The notes beneath the pieces are model-generated. The model worked only from the letters and a program-made list of their open reading frames with translations, was not told the DNA's origin and did no database searches. A DNA stretch of 64,000 bases from Octopus sinensis. Taxonomy: Eukaryota. Every line of letters begins with the position of its first letter. The first letter of the stretch is position 1. A program made the position numbers and the translations under genes. Where the stretch lies: contig NC_043004.1 of assembly GCF_006345805.1 (NCBI RefSeq), positions 21,080,001 to 21,144,000 of the forward strand, written 5' to 3'. Below are positions 51,400-64,000 of this stretch, one piece after another.

Positions 51400-53185
51400 A
51401 GACAGCAGAGTATTTACATTATTTCTGTTTGAAAAATTGGCAGTAGCTGATGAGGAATGCAAGATGTGAGCTTCATCTGCTGACAAGAAATAGTAGGAGA
51501 GAAAAAACTGGGAGAGACAGAGAGAAGGAAAGAGAAATGATAAGAAGAAGAGACGTAGATGAGTGGAGAGAAAAACTGAAGTGAAAGGAGAACAATAGGA
51601 TAAGAACGGGATTCTGACCTCGGTAGAAGTGTAAGAGAAGAAGGAAAAACATTAATTTAAAATTGTTTGTGACATGATTCCAAGTTTCAGTGAGCAACGC
51701 TGTTCATGCTATTTCCTTAAGTATGTAGATCCATGATGAACAGAGACACTGCACATTGATAATAGAAAGGCCTATTGTGTTGATGTGGGTGGTAACAAGT
51801 TTGCCTGGCGTATATAATAGTGTGATTCAAACGTGCTCCCAAAAGTAATTGGCAAGGTGACAACCCGTTTTCTCAATCTATAATGTACCATAAAATTTGC
51901 AGATGATGCAATATATGAGCTTGGAAAATGCAAAATATAAACTTGTAAGATGCACAACTAAAATTTAGAGTAAGGTGTTACTGTGACTTTAGCCTGATGA
52001 TGGTTATAATGATTTTAATGTTGCAACATTGATGAGTGTATTTAAAAGTGCCTGGTTGTGTATGACTGGAGGCTATGGGGCTTCTAACAAGGGGGTTGCT
52101 GAGAGGCTTATTACTTTTGAAGGCGCAGGAGTGGCTGTGTGGTAAGTAGCTTGCTAACCAACCACATGGTTCCGGGTTCAGTCCCACTGCATGGCATCTT
52201 GGACAAGTGTCTTCTGCTATAGCCCCGGGCCGACCAATGCATTGTGAGTGGATTTGGTAGACGGAAACTGAAAGAAGCCTGTCGTATATATGTATATATA
52301 TGTAAGTGTGTGTGTATATGTTTGTGTGTCTGTGTTTGTCCCCCTAGCATTGCTTGACAACCGATGCTGGTGTGTTTACGTCCCCGTCACTTAGTGGTTC
52401 CGCAAAAGAGACCGATAGAATAAGTACTGGGCTTACAAAGAATAAGTCCCGGGGTCGATTTGCTCGACTAAAGGTGGTGCTCCAGCATGGCCGCAGTCAA
52501 ATGACTGAAACAAGTAAAAGAGTAAAGAGTAAGAGTATGGAGAGATCAGAATCCCTGTGAGGTAGGATTTGGAAGTTGCAAAATTAGTTTGTGTTTCGAT
52601 GGCAGGATGGATGGGTGAAAGGTGAAAGAAGGTAGAATCTGATCTGTAGTTTGTTGTGTGTAAAAAGAGTAAGAGAGTAGTGGTGTGGTTGATTGCCGGG
52701 TGGTGTGCAGGATCCACAACTAATAAAGGAACACTCGATTCAAGAAGAAATGTTGAATTTTCTCACAGCTAGAATGAAAATCAGAATCAATTCTACAGAG
52801 TCAGTGAAACCTAAAGAATAGAGAGAATAGTATGACAGATTTAGTTTGCTAGGAGGGAAAGGGAAAATAATGAAAATAAAAATGTGAGACAGTAAAATTA
52901 TTGTGGACAGAGGTTGATAGGTGGATATTGTTGCTAGCAACATAGATGTTGAGAAAACTAGTGGAGGTGTTTAGATATAGATAAGGTGTGTTTGAATGGA
53001 AAGAGTTAAGAAAAGAGATTAACCTGTTGAACTGTTGTCTGGTGAAGGTGATAGTATTGACACAGCTATCAATATAACTGCCATTTAACTTTGGGGTGGG
53101 TCCCATGAATTGAGCAAAGCTTTGCTCCTCACTGTAGCTTTCAAAAAGGCGTGCAAATCCATGGTGTGATGCCACGTACAAAGTC
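51400..53185 (-). mobile_element. Decayed Penelope-like element (RT plus GIY-YIG linker), interrupted by a SINE
   Basis: FARLFESYSEEQ..GSYIDSC (RYIDD-like)..FLNSFH..SFLNI..TSVH, then LSNPLVRS..QPGTF..CCN as in Penelope endonuclease linkers; the left boundary is uncertain. Confidence 0.75.
52122..52535 (+). mobile_element. SINE family A inserted in the Penelope relic
   Basis: Full-length and young; nearly identical to 20078-20508. Confidence 0.92.
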
Positions 53186-53372
53186 TACCTTAAGCCCAGT
53201 CGGGTCTATGTTTAGCTTTCATGTTAGGAATTTAGATTCAGCTTCAACAACTAGATCATCAGCATATAGGAGACCCTATTGACACCTAGTCTTAAATTTT
53301 TTTGTGATGGCTTATAAAATTATGATAAATAGCAGAAGACTTGTGAACTGAACATTGATGGACTCCTACCTT
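53186..53372 (-). mobile_element. RTE RT fragment
   Basis: AITKKFKTRCQ*GLLYADDLV. Confidence 0.7.
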
Positions 53373-54014
53373 CATGTAGATATCATCATTTTAGCATCCA
53401 TTCTTCCATGCTTGTATGAGTTGGACAAATGTATTGATGCAGATTTTCCACACCAAGATGCCATTCTTGTCACCAATCCTAATTTTACCAAGCAAAGTTC
53501 TATTTCCTCATAGCCAGACATGTTTCCACAGGATACTAGAAATGAATGACATACATTTACAAAAATCATGTAATGTCAAGAGAAGGAGATACAAATATGC
53601 ACATGCTCACACACATGCAAAGACACACACACACACACACACACGTAAGCACCCTACTGCACACACATGTATTCCACTTTTGAGTTATCTCTACAGATTT
53701 ACCATAAAATTTAGAGCCAGTACTGAAAGTTACAAGATTTTGTATATGAATATGTCTATGTAAACAATGCAAGTAAGTAATGAGTGTATATGCATATTTC
53801 AGGAGTTATTGCTCCTTCTTCAGCAACACACCCAAGCCATTAACTATATACAAAATCAGCCACTAAGTTTAGTAGCATAACAGATTTGGATAGATCAATT
53901 TATATATATAATGCATTCCTGGCAGCTGCTATATGCATATTAATTGTTGGTAGGGATACCCATTATTTTTTTTTCTATCTTCAATCTCATTGTTCCATAG
54001 AAAATCTATAGAGA

Positions 54015-54167
54015 TACTCTTTTACTTGTTTCAGTCATTTGACTGCAGCCATGCTGGAGCACCACCTTTAGTTGAGTAAATTGACCCTAGGACTTATTCT
54101 TTGTAAGCCTAGTACTTATTCTATAGGTTGTCAAGCAATGTTGGGGGGACAAATACAGACACACAAA

Positions 54168-54210
<43 letters not shown>

Positions 54211-54236
54211 ACACACACATACACACACACACACAC

Positions 54237-54279
<43 letters not shown>

Positions 54280-54289
54280 ACACACACAT

Positions 54290-54339
<50 letters not shown>

Positions 54340-54503
54340 GACAGGCTTCTTTCAGTTTCCATCTATTAAATCCACTCACAAGGCTTTGGTTAGCCCGAGG
54401 CTATAGTAGAAGACACTTGCCCAAGGTGCCACACAGCGAGACTGAACCCAGAACCATGTGGTTAGTAAGCAAGCTACTTACCACACAGCCACTCCTACAC
54501 CTA
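54015..54503 (-). mobile_element. SINE family A with expanded internal microsatellite
   Basis: Reverse-complement match; (CA)n at 54169-54340. Confidence 0.9.
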
Positions 54504-54924
54504 TAAATAAGATAGCTTTAAAATTATTTAATTTCTCTGCTAACATAAAAAGTAGGATACAGCATTTACTTGTAAACTTTTAATATACTTAGTAGTATAT
54601 TATGACAGCAAAACAAAATATGATGTTCCTATGAGAAATTAATATATATGCACCAGCTGCCAGGAATGTGTTTAATACATAAATTGCTCTATCCAATAGT
54701 GTTACACCACTAAACTCAATGGCTACTTAAGGTAATTTGTTAGTTGGTTAGATATTTAACTGATTAAATAACAATAAAGAAGTGATATTGAACCAGTGCA
54801 TGTGTTTATTATTATTGGTGTAATTGACCTCCCAAAACACAAAAAAATTTGTTTCAATACATGAATTCAGATCAAGAATCTTGCAAACCAAATGCAAAAA
54901 TGAAGTAAATATATATATGTTTTA

Positions 54925-55220
54925 TTTTTTACTGCTTCTGACATTAGATTGCAGCCATGCTGGAGCAGCACCCATAAGAAATTTTAGTCAAATGAATCAA
55001 TCCTAGTACTTGTTTTATTTTTAAGTTTGGTACTTATTCTATTTGTCGCTTTTGCAGAACCATTAGGCTACAGGGATGTTAACACACCAGGACTGGTTGT
55101 CAAGAAGCAGTGGGGGACAAACACAGACTCAAACACACACACACACACATGGCTATTTTCAGTTTTGATTAGCCAAACCCACTTGGTTAGCACAAGGCTA
55201 TCATAGAAGACACTTGCAAA
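54925..55220 (-). mobile_element. SINE family A, diverged
   Basis: Reverse-complement similarity. Confidence 0.65.
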
Positions 55221-57983
55221 ATGCTTCATTGCACGTTGCTCCAGTCCCCTTTTGATTAAGGGGAAGTGATAGCCTGCTTGCCTAGCCAGCGGGGTGCATC
55301 ATTTGATGGCTAAAACAAGGCAAATCGCATTATGGTCAGTGATGTGTAACAGTACCTGATAGTTTGGTTGGTCACATGATTATGTGGTGTGCATTATGAT
55401 TGATGAGGGAACAATCTTACATCCCTTTACGGCAAGGGATATGTGAAACTGAACTTAATGTCTAAGGAGGACCTAGCTATTTGATATATAATGATTGATG
55501 AATTAATTTTCTGATAAATGACCAAAAGCAGTAGAAGAATTAAAAATATATTTTTCTGAAAATTGCTGTCAAGCACTGTAAACCCTTTTAATTACCTTAT
55601 TCACTAAGCATTTTACAGTCATCTGTCTACATCTAGGTCATGGCCTCTGTTAGAAGTAGTAGCTAATTATCTCTCCAAGCTCATAAATAAAGAAAAAATC
55701 TTATTACATAATGTAGTGTAATGCATACACCTAAAATGATGCAGTAACAATGGTTGGAATGCTTTTGATCATTGGTTTAGTTTCCTACGGTTCGCTTGGG
55801 GTTAAACATCAACTAACATTCAATTATTCTAGTCTTTCAGAAAAATCAATCAACTAACAAAGTTAACCAGAAACAATAATTGAATTTTTATTCTGTTTTA
55901 TACTCCATCTGATTTTGTTTTGCTCCCATGCCCTTTATGGAATGGTTAATGAAAAACTTTACACTTCCATTAAAAAAAGAAAAAAAAGCTCCTCAAAAAA
56001 CAAAAAAAAACAAAACCTTCCTTTTTCTAGTTATCTTAAATGTAATTCAATGTTGAAATTCAATCTTGTAATTAATTTTAACAGTATGTCATACATTTAG
56101 TGTACAAAGGACATATTTTACATGTCTGGAATTCTCCAAATAACATGTAGTCTATACTCAATGAATTCTACATGTCTGTAGCTCTACAAATAATATGTTC
56201 TGTACTACAGTATTAGGAAACAATTTTTTCTTCCCCAAACTTTTAATTTCCAGATGTAAAAATTACCTATTATTTCTACAGAATAACTATTCATTGCAAA
56301 TAATATGTCAATTTTCGTTCAGCCTGATAATCCATAACCAACTAAAATGAAATACCATATTTTTAGGCAATTTAATCTAAAGTTCAAAGAAAAAGAATTC
56401 CATGGAAATATTTTTTAAAAACTTTCCATCACAAAATTAACATTTCGTTTTTAATGCTCTCATTAACAAAGAGTGATTTTGTCTGTAACAAAATACCATT
56501 TCCAATTTTTGCTATATTTAGACTACAACTTCGAAAGACCAAAATATGGGTTGTAGATTTAATGTGAAACTTAGGTTTAAACTCCACTCTGATCTTTGGC
56601 TTCATGTAGCAGAATTCATTCTGTTGCAAGAATTCAGACTAGTTTTTCAATAAGAGCTTCTTAAAAAATTTTTTCCTGCTCCTTCCTCACCAGTCTATAA
56701 AGCCACTCGAAAAGTCAAACAAAAAGCAAATAAGAGAAAAAGTGGCAATAATTTGGGATGCAGCTGTATCATTTGACTATGTCGGAACCAATACATTATA
56801 TAGTAATAAGCTGTTGATTAGTGGATGTATAAGGAAACCCTCTGTTTCACCACTCCTAAAAATCTGCCAAACGAAATATATTGCTAGGCAATTATTCTCC
56901 TTTCACCATTGCTCATTCTTCCCCTCCAACGTTTTTCTCTGTTTCTGGCACAGTTCTTCTTGACTTTTCTCTCTTTTTATTTTACAGTAATTGTTATTAC
57001 TGTTTTAAAATTTATTTCTTTTCTGTGTATGTTTTTTTATAGGATTTGAAACTAAAATTTGAATCTAGCCAATCTGTTCCCATAATCAGAAAATTAGAAT
57101 TAGGAAAATTAGTTTTACTGAGACAGTTTGTCAAAGGTAAAATGAGGAAGAGAAGAAGAGGTAAAAAAACATGAATTATAAATAATGGTTAGATGATACC
57201 AGGAACTAAACACCTAACAATTTTACTGTGGAAATCAGATGTATTGACTCAAAATATCCTTAACCTTAACCATCAAATGAAGTTACTTATCTATCTTTTG
57301 TTGAGGAATGTCATGTTTGAAGCTACTTTTTTCTTGAGAAATATCAAATTTAGTGAGAGAAGTGACTAATGCCAGTTATATTTTTTAGTAGATATTTAAA
57401 ATCATTACTGGAATAATATGAAATTTAATTTTACAGTTAAAGTGTTAGAATACTATGACTGTGTAATGACAGCATGAGAAAGATTAAGATGGTGAGCCAT
57501 GCAACTGAATCTGCTGACATTAGACATGATACCTAGTAGTGATGATCATAAAATATATATTGTATTTGATGACAGAAACTTTGAGCTTTCTGGCTCAGCC
57601 TGTGTAGGACTACCATCATGTCAACAGCAGTGTGTGAGACTGCTGGATGAATATCTAAACTGAATATAAAGAGAATATTTATTAGAAATCTTATGAATCT
57701 TCACTTATAATTGAAAGGTTGAAAGTAATTTTGTGAGACTATTGGTTGAGATAGTTAATAATTCTGAATTAAAATTAATGCTTCAATAGATGCTTAGTTG
57801 ATTGGTGTTAAGATTTGATCCCAGAGCGTTACTTTGGTTTTAAGCTAGAGATTAAACAGGAAATTGTATGAGAATTAAATTAGAGAATTAATTGTATCAC
57901 TTTAGTTTTAAACAACAGAAGTAACTTAATTCTACTTCATTTACATCGGCTTTAAGGTTTTACTGCTGCTGCTCCTCTTCCGT

Positions 57984-58026
<43 letters not shown>

Positions 58027-58883
58027 CACTACTGCTACCACCACCACCGCAACTGCTACTGTTGTTGGTAAGATTTTCTTTGATGCAGTTACTTTTTATC
58101 ATTACCTTCCACTACCACCCTGACCAGTTACTTGATGTACAGGAAATAGCTACTAAATCTTTCATAACTGTCTTATCTGAAAATAAAATGTGATTTTTAT
58201 ATCTAGAAGGTAATATCTATGTGAGATTTGTTAAAGATATGGCTCTCAACAAAGTTTAGTTTGGCCTTGGCTCAATTTTATTAAAAAATTATTTTTTTAA
58301 TAAAAAAAAAATCTGTAAACTATGTATCATTAATATGAATTCAGACTCAGTGTATATTAGAGAAACTGTTGTTATCTCAACCAAAGGTAAGGAAACTTAT
58401 GAATCTATGTACTAAAGGATGTGCTATATTTCCCCTTCACTTTGTCTATACATATTGAACCAAATGAAAAAAGGTTTTCAAATTTGTGCTTGTGTTCATC
58501 TAAATGGCTTATGGGGATATAAATGACATTGAAAGGTTTTTGCAGCTCAAGCAAATTCCTAGAAACATGATGACTGATTAAAAAAAAATTGGATGGATCT
58601 GGCTGAACCACTTTGAGCAGATTTGACCTGGGGTTGAACAACAACAACAACAATAGCATTGCTAACATTCTATCAAGTATTGATTTATTTTCAGGAACTG
58701 CATGTCTTCATCAGGAAAATTTTTATCCCTACTCTTCTATTTTGGATTCTTAGTTTTTCCAATGTATTTCTGCTTGCAAACGTTGCTAATACCTCAAATT
58801 CTTCCCTTTATTGTGAATATAGTTGTTATAGAATATAGAGAGGTAATATATACCCTCACTTAAACATGGATGTTCTGATAGAA

Positions 58884-59534
58884 CAGGGGTGGGGAAGCTT
58901 TTTAGTGTGGCGGGCAAAATTTTCCAAAGATAAACGTCCATGGGTAAATCACAAGTTCTTAATTCGTTATACATTAATAAAGATAAATTTATCACACTAA
59001 TTTGACACATAACATCTTCATTAACACTGCCACTGAATTTAGGAGTGGTTGGCGTTAGGAAGGGCATCCAGCTGTAGAAACTCTGCCAGATCAAGATTGG
59101 AGCCTGGTGCAGCTATCTGGTTCACCAGCCCTCAGTCAAAATCGTCCAACCCATGCTAGCATGGAAAGCAGACGTTAAACGATGATGATGATGATGATGA
59201 TGATGATGATATTACTTATGAGGTATTCTTTATTTTTCAGCTAGAGTGTAGTTGGGTCTCAAGGGGGTGGTACAAACCTAGCAATATGTGTTTTATAGTG
59301 AAAACAAAATTTCCATTCAAATGGCAATTACTGGAAAATTTTCTGTTCAAGTCTAACCATTTTAAGTCATAGTGGAAACATGACCTATGTCGCAAATAGG
59401 CATACAAATACTGTATAAATTTTAAAATTGAAAAATTTACTATGTTTTGTACATATAAGTATAACATCCTCCAGGCACAATAAAATGGGCTCGCGGGTGC
59501 AATTGTGCCAAGAGTAGGGTTTTCCACACCCCTA
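58884..59534. mobile_element. hAT-like non-autonomous element (MITE)
   Basis: TIRs caggggtggggaa and ttccacaccccta; candidate 8-bp TSD tgatagaa / tgttataa. Confidence 0.6.
59045..59210 (+). mobile_element. RTE-tailed SINE/LINE 3' end (family C) nested in the MITE
   Basis: ggcgttaggaagggcatccagctgtagaaa..catgctagcatggaaagcagacgttaaac(gat)n. Confidence 0.88.
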
Positions 59535-59661
59535 TGTTATAACAAACTGTACTGTAATAGATACCTTGAGAGAAACTCTCATTTTAGCCTTTGGTGCAAA
59601 TTGCACTCTTATTTATATCACTAGTGGGGAGATTAGTCCTCATCATCTCCAGCACTGAGAT

Positions 59662-59706
59662 CATCAGGTCACAGGATTTTGACCTTCCTAGGTCTCATCA
59701 GTGATA
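59662..59706 (-). ncRNA. Type I hammerhead-like motif, mutated core
   Basis: tatca CTGATGA gacc-taggaa-ggtc AAAA tc ctgt ga cc tgatg: perfect stem II; GAAA to AAAA is consistent with CpG decay. Confidence 0.55.
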
Positions 59707-59949
59707 GACATTTGACCACTAGTGATAGCAGTGATTCATCTTCCCACCAGCAATATATAGAAGAAATACCAGAATGGGTGCTGGTGTCATAATTAGCCAG
59801 TGAGCTTACAGTATATACTAACCCCTTTATCTAATTAATTTCACCAACAATAGGGTTTTTAGGAATAATTGCCCCTATCTGGCCCATGGAATCAAGTTTA
59901 TGTTTCAGTCCGGCTTACAATGTGAAATGAGCTTGACATTCCTGCCATA

Positions 59950-60390
59950 TATTGTTACACATGTTAGAAACAGCAGCCAAATTTCCCTCAAATCACCATT
60001 GTAGAAAAAAAAATTGACCTGTTGAAAAATGTGTCCCTCTGGTTCTCTGCACATGGCATAAAGACAGGGTGGTCATAGTCAGAATGCCATTGATCACAGG
60101 TTTGCTTAATAAGAGCTGACCTGCAGCTATGCAACAACATCAACACCAGTAGTTCTCTCTCTTCTCTATATATATCAATATTTTTTGCTTCTTTAAACTA
60201 CCTACACCACTTCAACACCTAATATATTCATTTCTTCTAGAACAGAATCAAAATATGGTCATCAAACTGCTAGAAATAGCAGCCATATCTCCAATAAATC
60301 ACACTTAAAAAAACGAAGCACTGGAGAATGTAATACTGGTTATCCTACATATAGGAAAAGAAAAAATGGTCTTGGATGGAGTATCTTTGG
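59950..60390 (+). mobile_element. Two old SINE-like 3' fragments (family D)
   Basis: tagaaa(t/c)agcagcca(a/t)at..aaatcac motif, with related diverged copies near 48020, 55650 and 58140. Confidence 0.55.
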
Positions 60391-61677
60391 TTAATTACAA
60401 CAACTGTGGTCCTTGTAATTTTGGAAATCTGATATCAGAAACCATTCAACTCCTACATATAATGGACTCTTCCAGCTATCATTCTAAAATCAGCACCATT
60501 TTTATTTAGTTATTAAGCATTGCAAAACTTTGTTGCTTTTGTTGTTCTTGCTGTTTTAAATTAATCTCCTCCAAGAAATTTCCCAGATAATTCCAAAACA
60601 GATAATGAAATCTGAAGCCATATAAAACCAGTTTTAGAAATCTTTAATGACACATAATTTTAGGGGATTGCTTGCTGTGTTTTACCATTTGGGAGAGCAG
60701 GATTTATAGGCAGATGAAATATGGGTGGCCTGATTGATGAGGAATACATTTTAAAGAGGCAATGGTGGGGAGAAGGTTGAAAATGAACGATGGTTAATAG
60801 GGAAAGTAGTACTGTTGCTGCTTCTGATAGTGATGATAATGATGGTGATCATCATCATTATTGCAGTGATTATGATGATGATGATGACGATATCAATAAT
60901 GATGATGATAATTATGGTCATGACGATAATAATGGCAATGATAATAATCAGGATGATGATGAGGAGGAGGAGGATGATGATTAGTAATTATAATGATAAA
61001 TGGTAAAGTTCTTCATTACTGCCACGCTATAGAATTATTTTTGATTTGGCTTCAATGTTTTGTGTACCATAGAAAGCGCAAAGACAAAAATGTGGGCACT
61101 TCTCTACCCACCCCACCAAAGTACAACAAAAATTGTTTTTTACCAACCCATCACTATGTTTTTGGATGGCTTCTTGCCTCCACTGATCCATGTATAAATC
61201 ACAGGGTTAATAAAAAGTTCTAAATTTTATCTGTAAAGCTGATGATATAACAGCAGAAATTGATTGGTTAGTATCCCTAAAAAGTTTGGACCCCGTGATT
61301 CTATATCTGCTTATTACAAATCTGTGATGTTACTGCATATGGAACATCATCATCATCATCATCATCATCATTACAAACTTCCTTTCAGCCACCAATATCA
61401 CCTTCATCATCATCATCATCATCATCATAATCAAGATATATCAATTACAATTTGTACTCACATTGGGATGACAGATGCCCTCCCTTCTTCCATTCTATCA
61501 GTTGTGTCAATCTGATCAGCATTCATGAAGACTATCAGCCCACAATCTTGACACGGGTTTGATTTTGGTAGCACATCCTTGGTTCATTGTTCAGTTTTCA
61601 ATTGATGATTAGTAATTTTTGGTGTTACTGACAGTGTCCTGTAAATGAAACTCATTTATATATTTGAATGCTAAATG

Positions 61678-62150
61678 CAAGTTGGTGAGATGAAGGGAGT
61701 TTTAGAGCATCCAAGATTGGTAGGATGAAGGGTGTTTGAGGGCTTTCAAGATTGTTAGCATTAAGTGATTTTTAAAACTGACAAGTGATTTTTTTGGTTG
61801 AATGAAGGGAGTTTTGGAGCCTAAAAGACTGATGGTAGGAAGAGTATTTTGGGACTGACAAGATTAGTGGTATAAAGAGAGCTTTAGGGCCCCATGTCTG
61901 GTGGCATGAAGGGAGTTTTAAGGATTCCAGGACTGGTGGGAGGAAGGAAGTTACAGGCCTCCAAGTCTAGTAGCATAAGGTAAGTTTAGGACCATCAAGA
62001 TTAGTGACAGAAAGAAACTTTTAGGGCTGCCAAGATTAGTTGCAGGAAAGGAGTTTTAGGGCTACCAAGACGAGTGAAATGAAGAGAGTTTTAAGGCCTC
62101 CAATGAAAGGGGCATGAAGGAAGTTTTAGGCCACCAAGACTGGTGCCACC
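61678..62150. repeat. Diverged ~35-bp minisatellite (about 13-14 units)
   Basis: Consensus approximately caagactggtggcatgaagggagttttagggcctc. Confidence 0.85.
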
Positions 62151-62807
62151 TAAAGAGTGAATGCCTACTAATTACCACATTTACTGTATGGGTCAATTAT
62201 TACTGACTTTAGATTTTGCAATTTAGAAAATTTTAAATGTTTTTCTAATATTTTCTTTTACCTATTTTATGATAAACTACAATGTAGTACTAGAGTTAAT
62301 AAATCCAATAGTGTATACACTCACACAATTCTCTTCTTTCTTTCTTTCCTCTCTCTTGTTTGTCTCTCTCCCTCTCTCCGTTTGTGTGTTTGCGTTTCTC
62401 TTTGATTCTCTCTCTTTTTCTCTCTCCACCTCTCTCTCTCAATTTCACTCATAGTCTCAGGTGTTAAACATTACAAAATAATAATTTTTTTTATAAAACC
62501 ATTCCCAGCAAATGTATATTCCATCTCAATAAAAAATCTTGTACCTCATCATTATCATTGTTACTGTTGTGCTGCTGTCATCATCATCATCATCATCTAC
62601 ACTATCTCTTTTGTTATCATTTTCATCATTATTATCCATACCATTGACCACATCATTATTTTCATTTTCGTTTTTGCCATTGCTGTTGTTGTTGTTATTG
62701 TTATCAGCACAAATAACACTAATATGCCTCTCTTCCATCACCACTAACTCCTTCCAAGCAAGAAGTACAACTTACTGGAATGCTAGTGCAATTTATGTTT
62801 GGGTTCC

Positions 62808-63115
62808 CATCATCATCATCAACATCGTTATTTAGTGTCCTCTTTCTATGCTGACATGGTTTCTATGCCTGGATGCCCTTCCTAATGCTAACTACTTAAC
62901 AGAATGTGCTGGGTGCATTTTACATTCCACCAGCAAGGGTGTGTTTATGTAGCACCAACATGAGCATGTCAATGCGACACTGGCATAGGTGCTCTTTAAG
63001 TGGCACCGGAACCTAAAAGACAAGCCTGTACGTGTGGAAGACTGCGTTTACTTAGCTTGACTCATCTTAACAAGTACAGCAAATTTCCATATCCCCCAGT
63101 CCCTTGTTATTTCCA
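62808..63115 (-). mobile_element. Decayed RTE 3' UTR / tail
   Basis: catcatcatc..ctggatgcccttcctaatgc..gggtgcattttac, as at 3517-3710. Confidence 0.7.
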
Positions 63116-64000
63116 CTTTTTATCCTTGTATCTAATGACATCAAGTGTTTGAATACAGAGATAGATAATAAGCTATGAACCTTTGTAGTGTTACTCTCAA
63201 GTTGACATCCGAGCTTTGGTATTTACAACTAACTGACCATGTGCCATCAATAATGATGGCTAATTGTAGTATTTTATATATAAATAAAGTATAGAATAAG
63301 GTACAAAATAATCACACATACAAACATTGACAAACTTCCCTTGTACACATACATGCATACACACTTGTACTCACACAGAGTTGAAATGCTGACTTTTTCA
63401 TCCCTTCCTTCCTTATTCATCTATCACGCCTTTCTTTCTCTCATTGCTATTACTTTCTCTCACTCCCTCTCAGTCAGGGCTATTACTCTCACTACTTTTC
63501 CTTCACTGAATTACTATTGTCTCTCCCACTCCGCGTCCAGTGTGATTCTAGATAAATATATATATATATATATACAAATATATAAAAACACTATGCTCAT
63601 TATTATATTAGAAGATTCAGAATAACCTTTGATTAGGATGCTCACTTGCCAGAAAGGACTATTGAACTGCATTTGAGTTTAAGTTTACTACATACAGATG
63701 TGCACGCTACTTATTTTTACTCAAGCGACTATACTAGTTTGTGAAGATAGTTCTAACTGTAAAGAGTACATGCAGCAGAACTGAACCCATAACCATAAGA
63801 TTGCCGACTTCTTACTTAACCAAAACTAGAGATGTTTCTGCTAAGAAAAAAAGCTACGATCTTTGAGCCTGACAGCTTCTTTTGTATGCACAAAATTTTT
63901 CATGTATATTTGTGTGTGCGTGCATGTGCATGTCTGTGTGTATGTATGTATACATTTGCATACATGCATATGTATAAATATATTTATTGCAAATGATTAA

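Noticed and set aside
56694-56776. Polybasic tail ending CSCII* as a CaaX prenylation signal
   Set aside because: The cysteines are at -3 and -5, not -4, and the frame is unverified.
58680-58720. Minus-strand CTGATGA..GAAA spacing like a hammerhead
   Set aside because: Stems I and III do not pair; likely chance.
61678-62150. 35-bp periodic array as CRISPR
   Set aside because: No unique spacers, units are diverged, no cas genes, eukaryotic context.

Overview
AT-rich, microsatellite-dense eukaryotic DNA, probably intergenic or one large intron. The SINE and RTE-LINE families resemble those of octopod cephalopods (inference from recalled families, not a database search). No host protein-coding gene can be supported, and most listed ORFs are microsatellite read-throughs. 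The window is a mosaic of mobile-element relics: several RTE-clade LINE fragments (one young, GC-rich, nearly intact 3' half at about 45851-47605), two R4-like restriction-endonuclease LINE relics, an internally deleted Helitron, Tigger/Tc1/mariner relics, a decayed Penelope element, MITEs and more than 20 SINEs of at least five families. Three things stand out. (1) At least six type I hammerhead-ribozyme-like motifs, several inside fold-back repeats, including a ~350-nt circularly permuted unit in two inverted, longer-than-unit copies (4778-5532) that looks like a retrozyme or Penelope pLTR. (2) An RTE lineage whose ORF ends in an array of 3-4 C2H2 zinc fingers, with related tail fragments at two other loci. 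(3) A very recent ~185-bp inverted duplication that looks like a template-switch scar. Coordinates of decayed elements are approximate.
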